A stretch of 64,000 nt of DNA from Candidatus Methylomirabilia bacterium. GTDB lineage: Bacteria; Methylomirabilota; Methylomirabilia; Rokubacteriales; CSP1-6. The DNA lies in contig JBGPTW010000007.1 of the NCBI GenBank assembly GCA_041490825.1, positions 561 to 64,560 on the forward strand, in the 5' to 3' direction. The notes under the pieces were generated by a model, which saw only the letters and a list, made by a program, of their open reading frames with translations, made no database searches and was not told where the DNA came from. How positions within the stretch are numbered: position 1 is the stretch's first letter; each line of letters starts with the position of its first letter. A program made the translations under genes and the position numbers. This document shows positions 56,635 to 64,000 of the stretch, one piece after another.

Positions 56635-57478
56635 GCGTTCCCTCCCAGCGAGAACACTCGAAGTCTTGAGGCTGGTGGATCGCGTTGCGCGAGAGCTGCG
56701 GGTCGCTTATTTCGTGACAGGCGCGATCGCACGGGACATTCTCCTGCATGGTGTTTTCGGTATCGACCCCGGCCGAGGAACACTGGATGTAGACCTCGCC
56801 GTAGCCGTGCAGAATTGGCCGCAGTTCGAGTTGATTAAGACGCGCCTCGTCGCGACGAACGCATTTACTGCCGAAGAAAGAATGCCTCATCGGCTCTTTC
56901 ATCGCGAAGACGCGAGTGAGAAAGCTTATCCGCTCGATCTCCTCCCTTTCGGTGGTATCGAACAGCCTCCGAACAAAATCGTCTGGCCTCCGGAGCTCTC
57001 CATCGTCATGAACGTGGCTGGTTATCGAGAGGCGCTGGCTGCTGCACAAGACGTTGAGGTCGCTACAGGCTTCGTCGTGCCTGTCGCCTCGTTGCCGGGC
57101 CTCGCCATACTGAAGCTGCTAGCGTGGGCTGACCGCGGCATCGAAAATCCGAAAGATGCCGTCGATCTCGTTACGCTGCTGCGCTGGTATGGCGGAGCCG
57201 GCAACGAAGACCGACTCTTCGGCGAAGAGATGAGTCTCCTCGAGAGTCTGGGTTACAACATGGATCTCGCCGGTCCGCAGCTTCTCGGCAAAGACGCCGC
57301 TCGGATCACCACAACGGGGACTCGCAACCTAGCTCTCGCGCTCCTCGACGATGCGGTGACCCTGGAGCGCCTCACACGAGACATGGCAAGGGCATTCCGC
57401 GGCGCCGAAGATCCCATCGGTGAGGCCGAGGCTTTCATCGCGCAATTCAAGACCGGGTTGCAGGCGGCCTCACCATAA
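56615..57478 (+). CDS. Nucleotidyltransferase of the AbiEii/AbiGii toxin family type (Pol-beta-like NTase fold)
   Basis: YFVTGAIARDILLHGVFGIDPGRGTLDVDLAV matches the GG.A......R.T.DID-type NTase motif. 287 aa. Confidence 0.5.
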   Translation: MLSVPSERSLPARTLEVLRLVDRVARELRVAYFVTGAIARDILLHGVFGIDPGRGTLDVDLAVAVQNWPQFELIKTRLVATNAFTAEERMPHRLFHREDASEKAYPLDLLPFGGIEQPPNKIVWPPELSIVMNVAGYREALAAAQDVEVATGFVVPVASLPGLAILKLLAWADRGIENPKDAVDLVTLLRWYGGAGNEDRLFGEEMSLLESLGYNMDLAGPQLLGKDAARITTTGTRNLALALLDDAVTLERLTRDMARAFRGAEDPIGEAEAFIAQFKTGLQAASP

Positions 57479-57868
57479 CCCCCGCCGACTCGGGTGTTCC
57501 GCAAATGTTGACGTTCAACAAGTGTTGAAATGTCAACGGCCCGCAGAGTCGGCAGCCCAGAAACTGAGTCGAGAATGCCAGGCTAGGCTACGCGGGTGCG
57601 GCGCACCCCCGAGAAATCCGGCAGGCTGGCTGCGGGCGTTTGAGCCGATGAACGAAGCTGATACCTGTCGCAAGTTCATCGCTCCACGCCTCTAGGCCGT
57701 GCGTGGCTTGTACGCCCTGAGGTGCGCAGCCTCGACGACCGCCCAGAATCGCTCTGGCCGCTCCACGCCCGGTGACGTCGTTTTTGTCCATCTTGTCCAT
57801 CCCTTTTCGATGACTGACTGTCAGTGCTCGACTGACGGTCAGTCCCAGACTGAATAGTGGAGCGAGGA

Positions 57869-58285
57869 TCACACCGAAATGATGGTCAGCTTGAAAGGCC
57901 GAACCTCCCGAATCGCGGCGAAATCTCTCGCGTTGCCCGTCACCACGACCGCTCCGATGGAGCGGGCCGACAGAGCGATCAGCACGTCATTCATCAGGGA
58001 AGAAGGACCTGGGGAGCCGCGCGATTCCTGGAGCGCCCGCAACACGTGTCCCGCGTCCTCGTACACCACGCGAGACGGAAGCAGAATGCGGCCAGCCCGA
58101 TCAAAGGCCGCGACCACGCTGCGCACGAGGCGTCGATCACGAACGGAGAACGCGCCGGCGTAGAGCTCCAGCATGACCAACGCACTCAGATACTTGACCG
58201 CATCACGCTGGAAGACCACCCGTTCGTGGAGACCAGCGTTCAGCCAGTCGATATAGAGGTTCGTATCGATGACGACTCGGCGCAT
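57869..58285 (-). CDS. vapC: PIN-domain toxin VapC
   Basis: MRRVVIDTNLYIDWL. Internal ATG at 58285. Confidence 0.8.
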   Translation of the reverse strand: MRRVVIDTNLYIDWLNAGLHERVVFQRDAVKYLSALVMLELYAGAFSVRDRRLVRSVVAAFDRAGRILLPSRVVYEDAGHVLRALQESRGSPGPSSLMNDVLIALSARSIGAVVVTGNARDFAAIREVRPFKLTIISV

Positions 58286-58286
58286 C

Positions 58287-58481
58287 TCAGAAGACGCGCC
58301 GGATCTTGCCCTTTCCGCGCGCAACCCGGAGCGCCCGGTCGATGCCCGCCTCTGTCACCACCAGGTCGAGCGCACGATCGAGTGTCTCCGTCTCCGTCTT
58401 CGCGGCGAGCGCGCGGCGCGCGCGGTCGAGCTTCCGTTGGTCGAGCTGCACGTGCTTGTGTCGGAGCCCAGTCGCCATCAT
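58287..58481 (-). CDS. vapB: Antitoxin VapB-like (64 aa)
   Basis: ATG after AAAGGGGGGA. MMATGLRHKHVQLDQRKLDRARRALAAKTE... Its stop lies 1 nt before the vapC ATG. Confidence 0.55.
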   Translation of the reverse strand: MMATGLRHKHVQLDQRKLDRARRALAAKTETETLDRALDLVVTEAGIDRALRVARGKGKIRRVF

Positions 58482-58586
58482 CGGTCCCCCCTTTCGCAAT
58501 TCGCGACGATGTACACAGAATAACGATTCATGAACATCAGTGCAACGACGAGCGTGTAGATAGCGGGGGGACCCGGAGCCGCGAGT

Positions 58587-59186
58587 TCAGCTCGGCTCCA
58601 GGCTCGCGATGTAGCGCGCGAGAATGTCGATGTCCTCGTCGGTCAAGGGCTGAGCCGACGACGTCATGAACCCTTCCAGATCGCTGCTCGTGCGCATCTG
58701 GTATCCGCGGAGGCGCTTCAACAGATACTGGTGATCCTGTCCCACCAGCCGCGGCACGGCCTCCTGTCCCAGGAGCTTCGGTCCGTGGCAGGACGTACAG
58801 TGGTAAGTGCTGGCGAGACGCTGACCGGCCTCGCGCGTGGCCGCATCGACGGCCTGGCGTCCTGCTCGCGGCCGGGATACCTGCGCGGCAAAGTAGGCGG
58901 CCAGGTCCGCCATGTCCTCATCGCTCAGCTTGGCAGCGATCGGCGCCATCTGTGGATCTCGGCGCCGCTGGTTGCGGAACATGACGAGCTGCCAGTGCGT
59001 GTAGTACGCGGGGTGCCCCGCCAACGACGGCATCCCGGGCTGCGTCGCGTTGCCGTCGACGCCGTGGCACGCCGCGCACTCGGCAGCTTTTCGTCGTCCG
59101 GCCTCGACGTCATCGCTTCGGACGTTGGCCGACATCGCGATCAACGTCAGCGTGCACAAGGCGCCTGCCGCGATCCGGGCCCACAT
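58587..59186 (-). CDS. Dihaem cytochrome c4
   Basis: Two CxxCH motifs (CAACHG, CTSCHG) and a signal peptide. Confidence 0.8.
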   Translation of the reverse strand: MWARIAAGALCTLTLIAMSANVRSDDVEAGRRKAAECAACHGVDGNATQPGMPSLAGHPAYYTHWQLVMFRNQRRRDPQMAPIAAKLSDEDMADLAAYFAAQVSRPRAGRQAVDAATREAGQRLASTYHCTSCHGPKLLGQEAVPRLVGQDHQYLLKRLRGYQMRTSSDLEGFMTSSAQPLTDEDIDILARYIASLEPS

Positions 59187-59292
59187 GGCAGCAATCTCAC
59201 GATACCGCGGTGGTCGAGCGCCAGCGCGTCTGCGTCACTCGGTTACGATGGAAATGTCGGAGGGGGCCGGAACGACCCCCTCCGGCGAACGA

Positions 59293-60519
59293 TCAGCGCG
59301 AGTAGCTGATGCGGTAGATGGCGCCGGCGTAGTCGTCGGACAGGAGCAGCGCGCCATCGGACATCTGGAACAGGTACGCCGGACGGCCCCACGGCTTGTT
59401 GTTCTCCAGCCATCCCGAGGCGAAGCCCTCTTGCTTCGGGGGCTGGCCCATGGCCAGGGTGACCGTCGTCACGCCGTACCCGAGCTTCTCGGTGCGGTTC
59501 CACGACCCGCGCTGCGCGATGAAGATCCGGTTCTTGTACTCCGGGGGGAACATGTTGCCGGTGTAGAAGATCATGCCGATCGGCGCCACGTGAGGCCCGA
59601 GCTTCAGCAGCGGCGGGTTGAATTCGCTGCACGCGTGGCCCTTGCCGAAATCGGGATCGAGGATGTCGCCCTGATGACAGTAGGGATACCCGAAGTGCGG
59701 TACGTTGCGGCTGGAGACCTGGTGGAGCGTGTCGTTCGGCACGTCCTCACCCAGCCAGTCGCGGCCGTGGTTCGTGAAGTACAGCTCCTTCGTCACCGGG
59801 TGCCAGTCGAACCCCACGCTGTTGCGCACGCCGTGCGCGACGTACTCGAGGCCGGTGCCGTCGGGGTTGATGCGTGAGATGTTGGCGTTCGTGTCCGGCG
59901 GCATGACGATGTTCCCGGGCGCGCCGATGTTGAAGTAGAGCTTGCCGTCCGGCCCGAAGGCCAGGTACTTCCAGCCGTGAGGCTGGTGCTTGGGCAACGA
60001 GTCGATCACGACCACCGGTTCTCCGGGATTGTCGAGCTTGTCCTCGATGCCGTCGTACCTGAGGATGCGGTTCTGCGCGGCCACGTAGAGCGCGCCGTCC
60101 CGGAACGCCACGCCGTTGGGGATATCGAGCCCCTTGGCGATGGTCTTGACCTCGCGCTTGCCGCCCTTGTCCGTCACCGCGTAGACGTCACCGACGACGC
60201 GGCTCGACACGAACAGCGTGCCCTTGCTGCCGAGCGTCATGGCGCGAGCGTTGCTGAGCCCGGACGCCCAGAGCTCGACCTTGAACCCCGGCGGCACCTT
60301 GATCTTGTTGACGGGGATCTTTTCGGCGGCCAGCGGCGCCGGCGGTTGCGGGACCGGGGCCAGAGACGAGTCTTTCATCGCGTCCGGCTGCCCTTGCTTC
60401 CAGGTCGGCGGCGGCTGCTGGGCCAGGACCAGCGGCGTCGCGCCAGCCCCGACGATGACGCCGGCGAGAATCGCAGCGGTGACGATACGGTATCGCTTGC
60501 GGTGATGCGGGGTCGACAT
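59293..60519 (-). CDS. PQQ-dependent soluble sugar dehydrogenase (YliI/sorbosone dehydrogenase family)
   Basis: 408 aa, secreted, beta-propeller signature, ...LDIPNGVAF... Confidence 0.8.
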   Translation of the reverse strand: MSTPHHRKRYRIVTAAILAGVIVGAGATPLVLAQQPPPTWKQGQPDAMKDSSLAPVPQPPAPLAAEKIPVNKIKVPPGFKVELWASGLSNARAMTLGSKGTLFVSSRVVGDVYAVTDKGGKREVKTIAKGLDIPNGVAFRDGALYVAAQNRILRYDGIEDKLDNPGEPVVVIDSLPKHQPHGWKYLAFGPDGKLYFNIGAPGNIVMPPDTNANISRINPDGTGLEYVAHGVRNSVGFDWHPVTKELYFTNHGRDWLGEDVPNDTLHQVSSRNVPHFGYPYCHQGDILDPDFGKGHACSEFNPPLLKLGPHVAPIGMIFYTGNMFPPEYKNRIFIAQRGSWNRTEKLGYGVTTVTLAMGQPPKQEGFASGWLENNKPWGRPAYLFQMSDGALLLSDDYAGAIYRISYSR

Positions 60520-60555
60520 GTTGAACCTCCGCGTTGAGGGTGCACTCGAAGCCTG

Positions 60556-62709
60556 GTGGCTGCCAGCTCAGTGTGGGGCGCGGCGCCACTAATACGCGGC
60601 TCCCAGGCGCTTGTCAATGGCCCTCCGCGGCCCTATCCTCCGCACACTGTGCGTACGCTCCTGTCGGCCGCTGCCCTGCTCCTCGGCCTCAGCCTGGCTT
60701 CGCTCCCGGTCCAGGCGCAGGACGAGGCGCCGCCACCGACGCGTCTTGAGCCGGTCGTCGTCACGGTGACGCGGATCGAGCAGCAGTCGAGCGAGGCGCC
60801 CGGCAGCGTCACGGTGGTCACGGACGAGGACATCAGACATTCGGCGAGCCAGACCGTCGACGATCTGCTCCGTCAGGTGCCGGGCTTCAGCCTCTTCCGT
60901 CGGTCCTCGAGCCTGGTGACCCATCCGACGGCGCAAGGCGTGTCCCTGCGCGGCATCGGCCCGAGCGGGACCAGCCGCGCGCTCGTGCTGCTCGACGGCG
61001 TGCCGATCAACGATCCGTTCGGCGGATGGGTGTACTGGAGCCGCGTTCCGCTCCAGTCGATCCAGCAGATCGAGGTCGTGCGCGGCGGCGGCTCGAGCGT
61101 CTGGGGCAACTACGCGCTCGGCGGGGTCATCAACGTCATCACGCGCCGGCCGACCGAGCAGGCCGCGTTCCTCGATGCAAGTTACGGGACGCACGACACC
61201 CACAACGTCGATCTCCTGCTGACCGAGGCCCGCGGTCCGTTGCGGCTGTCCATCGAAGGCAACGACTTCTCGACCGGCGGCTACGACGTCGTCAAGGCGT
61301 CGCGGCGCGGTTCCGTGGACATCGAGGCCGATTCCCGGCATTCCATGTTCACCGGTCGCGCCGACCTCGTTCAATCGTCGGAGCTGTCGCTCTTCCTCAC
61401 CGGCAGCTACTTCGACGAGAGTCGGGGAAACGGCACGCCGCTGCAGTTCAACCGCACGGAGTCGGAATGGGCCGCGCTCGGCGGATCGATGCGCGCCGGG
61501 GAGAGCGACTGGTCGTTCACGTTGTCGTCCCAGGTCCAGAACTTCAGGAGCACGTTCTCGAATCAGGCCGCCAACCGGAATTCCGAGACGCTGGCGCTGG
61601 ACCAGATCGCTCCGTCGGCATCCGTGGCCGCGTATCTGCAGTGGAGTCGCCGGTTCGGCAATCATCTCCTCTCCGCCGGCATTGACGGCCGCTGGACCGA
61701 GGGCGAGACGGACGAGCGCGTGTTCACCGCCGGGGTCTACACGCGCCGGCGTGAAGCGGGCGGCCAGCAGGCGCTCACCGGCGCGTTCGCGCAGGACGTC
61801 ATCACCCTCGGCCGGCTCGCGGAGATCGTCGCGGGCCTTCGGGGAGACTCGTGGACGAGCTACGAGGGATTTCGCCGCGATATCCCGCCCGCGGCCGGCG
61901 TCCCGGCGCGGCAGAGCTTTTCGGACGTGAATCATCTGGCCGCCAGTCCGCGCCTCGCGGCGCTGGTGCACGCGACGCCGTCCACCGATCTCCTGAGCTC
62001 GGTCTATCAAGGCTTCCGGGTTCCGACGGTCAACGAGCTCTATCGTGTCTTCCGCGTCCGGAACGACGTGACCGTCGCCAACGAGCATCTGCGGCCCGAG
62101 CGGCTCACCGGCGGTGAGCTCGGCGTGCACCAGCGCTGGGCGCCCGTCGAGGTCCGCGTCACCGGTTTCTGGAACGAGGTGACCGATCTCGTGGCGAACG
62201 TCACGGTGCCCAAGCCGCTGCCCGACTGTCCCGCCGGCACCACCTGCCGGCAGCGACAGAACGTCGATCTCGCCCGGATCCGCGGCATCGAGGCGGAGGT
62301 GTCCGCACAACTCTCGAGAGACTGGCGCATCATCGCGGGCTATCTCTTGAGCGACACGCGCGTCGTGGAATCGTCGCGGCAGCGAACGCTCGAAGGCAAC
62401 CGGCTGGCCCAGGTGCCCGAGCACTCCGCCAGCCTCACCGTCCGGTACCTCAACCCGGCCTGGGCTGACGTCTCCGTGACCGGCCGGTATGTCGGCCGAC
62501 AGTTCGAGGACGATGCGAACACGCTGCCGATGGGCAGCTACTTCGTGGTCGACGTCACGCTGAGTCGCCGGTTTGCGAAGTGGGGGGAGGCGTATCTCGG
62601 CGTCGAGAACCTCTTCGATCAGGTCTACACGACCGGGCGCACGAGCGAAGGCGTCATCTCCATCGGGGCTCCGTTGCTGGCGCGCGCCGGTGTGCGCCTG
62701 AAGTTCTGA
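60556..62709 (+). CDS. TonB-dependent receptor
   Basis: Plug domain and barrel. A GTG at 60649 is an alternative start giving the signal peptide MRTLLSAAALLLGLSLASLPVQA. C-terminal ...GVRLKF. Confidence 0.85.
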   Translation: MAASSVWGAAPLIRGSQALVNGPPRPYPPHTVRTLLSAAALLLGLSLASLPVQAQDEAPPPTRLEPVVVTVTRIEQQSSEAPGSVTVVTDEDIRHSASQTVDDLLRQVPGFSLFRRSSSLVTHPTAQGVSLRGIGPSGTSRALVLLDGVPINDPFGGWVYWSRVPLQSIQQIEVVRGGGSSVWGNYALGGVINVITRRPTEQAAFLDASYGTHDTHNVDLLLTEARGPLRLSIEGNDFSTGGYDVVKASRRGSVDIEADSRHSMFTGRADLVQSSELSLFLTGSYFDESRGNGTPLQFNRTESEWAALGGSMRAGESDWSFTLSSQVQNFRSTFSNQAANRNSETLALDQIAPSASVAAYLQWSRRFGNHLLSAGIDGRWTEGETDERVFTAGVYTRRREAGGQQALTGAFAQDVITLGRLAEIVAGLRGDSWTSYEGFRRDIPPAAGVPARQSFSDVNHLAASPRLAALVHATPSTDLLSSVYQGFRVPTVNELYRVFRVRNDVTVANEHLRPERLTGGELGVHQRWAPVEVRVTGFWNEVTDLVANVTVPKPLPDCPAGTTCRQRQNVDLARIRGIEAEVSAQLSRDWRIIAGYLLSDTRVVESSRQRTLEGNRLAQVPEHSASLTVRYLNPAWADVSVTGRYVGRQFEDDANTLPMGSYFVVDVTLSRRFAKWGEAYLGVENLFDQVYTTGRTSEGVISIGAPLLARAGVRLKF

Positions 62710-62745
62710 CTCGCGTCCGCTCGCCCGCCGCGCGTTGCCATCCCG

Positions 62746-63063
62746 ATGACCGATCCGATCCGCGCCTTCGCCGAGCACGTCGCCGGCACCGCGTACGAGG
62801 CGATCCCCGCCGCCGCCGTGCGGGCGACCAAGACGTTTGTGCTCGACACGATCGGTGTCGCCATCGCAGGGAGCGCCGAGCCGGCGACGCCGCGCTTGAT
62901 CGAATGTGCGGCCGCGTGGGGCGCCGGCACCGAAAGCACCGTGTGGGCCACCGGCCAGCGGTTACCCGCGCCAAGCGCGGCGCTGGTGAACGCGTACCAG
63001 ATGGTCGACGGTCTGGAGCGGGTCGATGACGTCCGCGCGCTGATCGCCTTGACCATCGCCTGA
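62746..63063 (+). pseudogene. MmgE/PrpD family N-terminal fragment (105 aa then stop; full-length proteins are about 450 aa)
   Basis: ...FVLDTIGVAIAGSAEP...AALVNAYQMVDGLERVDDVRAL. Confidence 0.4.
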
Positions 63064-63077
63064 AGACTCGTCGAGCT

Positions 63078-64000
63078 TTACTTGAGCGCGCGCTCGACCT
63101 CGGCCAGGCGCTCGCCGGCGCAGTCCCAGAGCAGCGGAACGCCCGCGGCCAGCGCGATGCCGCGCCACTGATTGCGCGTCGTGTTCGGCGGCTCCTCACC
63201 GAGCGTGAGCAAGCGCTTCACCGGCGGACACAGCTCGATCGCCGGATCGTCACCGACCGCCTCCCACTTCGCCGGCTCGTTCAGCGTCTTCGCGCGCCAG
63301 GCGGCGGCGGCGAGGTTGTGCAGGGCCATTGCCTCGCGGAGCGACGTCTTCACGTCCGAATCCTTCGCGGTCTGGAGATAGCGGTCGACGTCGGCCTTGG
63401 CGAACGCGACCCGGTTGAAGTACATGCGGAATTGTAAGTCTGGCTTGCTGAACGATTGAAGATCCCGGAGCGCCCCGACGGCCTGCGTGATGGCCGGGCG
63501 TTCATTCTCGGGCGCGCGCAGCCGGGGCGCTGGAGGCGGAGCCGGTGCGGCGACGCGGGCCACCGATTGATCTCCGCGTAGCGCGTACCACGTTCCGACC
63601 GCCAGGATCACGGCGACGACAGCGACGACCGAGCCGATGACGACGCGCTGTCGCGTCAGGGCAGGGATCGGGGAGATGTCGCGCACGATCGCGCCTGGTT
63701 GTGGGGCGGGCCGGCGGGGCGCCGTCCGCATCTCGCTCTCCGCGTCGAATGCTTCGAGCGTCGTCCGGAGCGTGTTCTCGAGCGCTTGCTTGTCGGGAGC
63801 GGAGCCGGCCGCGGGCCGCGGTTTCCGCGCCGCGAGCGGCGGTGTGACCTGCTCGATCGGAGCGACCGGCGCAGGCGGTGCAGGCGGCGTGCGCGCGGGA
63901 GCGTCGAGCGCTTCGAGGGCGGCCGCCATCGCTTTTTCGAGAAGCTTCCTGTCGGTCGGGGCCGGGGGCAGCGTCGGAATCGGCGGCGCTGTGTCCGGTT
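63078..64000 (-). CDS. Proline-rich, single-TM repeat protein. 5' end runs off the window
   Basis: ORF 63078..63929 has no in-frame stop upstream as far as position 64000. Repeated ...LE..L..LEAFDAE modules. Confidence 0.45.
   Translation of the reverse strand, partial: PDTAPPIPTLPPAPTDRKLLEKAMAAALEALDAPARTPPAPPAPVAPIEQVTPPLAARKPRPAAGSAPDKQALENTLRTTLEAFDAESEMRTAPRRPAPQPGAIVRDISPIPALTRQRVVIGSVVAVVAVILAVGTWYALRGDQSVARVAAPAPPPAPRLRAPENERPAITQAVGALRDLQSFSKPDLQFRMYFNRVAFAKADVDRYLQTAKDSDVKTSLREAMALHNLAAAAWRAKTLNEPAKWEAVGDDPAIELCPPVKRLLTLGEEPPNTTRNQWRGIALAAGVPLLWDCAGERLAEVERALK

Overview
This is a high-GC window (roughly two-thirds G+C by eye). It is Gram-negative-like, with a TonB-dependent receptor, an outer-membrane porin and a type IV prepilin; the phylum cannot be determined from sequence alone. 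Most of the window is ordinary chromosomal metabolism and transport, in this order. An ABC transporter and a urate/allantoin catabolism cluster (HIU hydrolase, OHCU decarboxylase, AGXT/PucG-like aminotransferase, PuuE allantoinase). A prepilin. A MetE-like gene behind a strongly structured leader. D-aminoacylase, an FAD oxidoreductase, an SDR, a Zn-ADH and an orphan TAXI solute receptor. A family-5 SBP translationally coupled to a signal-peptide-less DctP-like gene. The complete kdpDE-kdpFABC potassium system with a small extra KdpF-like ORF, a porin and an APC permease. The livKHMGF branched-chain amino-acid transporter with BCAT. An ATP-grasp gene, a Tat-signal class II aldolase, a PQQ sugar dehydrogenase with cytochrome c4, and a TonB-dependent receptor. 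Embedded in this are several accessory patches that are more A/T-rich by eye. (1) A Phd/YefM-RelE/ParE pair with a perfect palindromic operator. (2) A tight three-gene cassette at 23.5-24.8 kb: a TIR-like protein with a C-terminal TM helix, an unknown protein and a HEPN (Rx4-6H-type) protein, behind a TATAAT box. It is the best candidate for an undescribed defence or toxin system. (3) An island at 53.7-58.6 kb containing an unknown two-gene pair, a tRNA 3'-end fragment (att-like remnant), an AT-rich palindromic operator region, an AbiE-like nucleotidyltransferase pair and vapBC. Two further observations stand out. An OsmC-family peroxidase gene has an in-frame TGA exactly at the catalytic-cysteine position, making it a candidate selenoprotein. 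A repeat family consists of a conserved ~80-bp core embedded between locus-specific perfect inverted repeats of 23-37 bp, present at three loci and once as a 153-bp x3 tandem array. It looks like a MITE that targets the centre of palindromes. Short 16-bp tandem repeats and GGGGGCC-stem REP-like hairpins are also dispersed in intergenic spacers. No rRNA, CRISPR array, transposase or integrase gene was seen.
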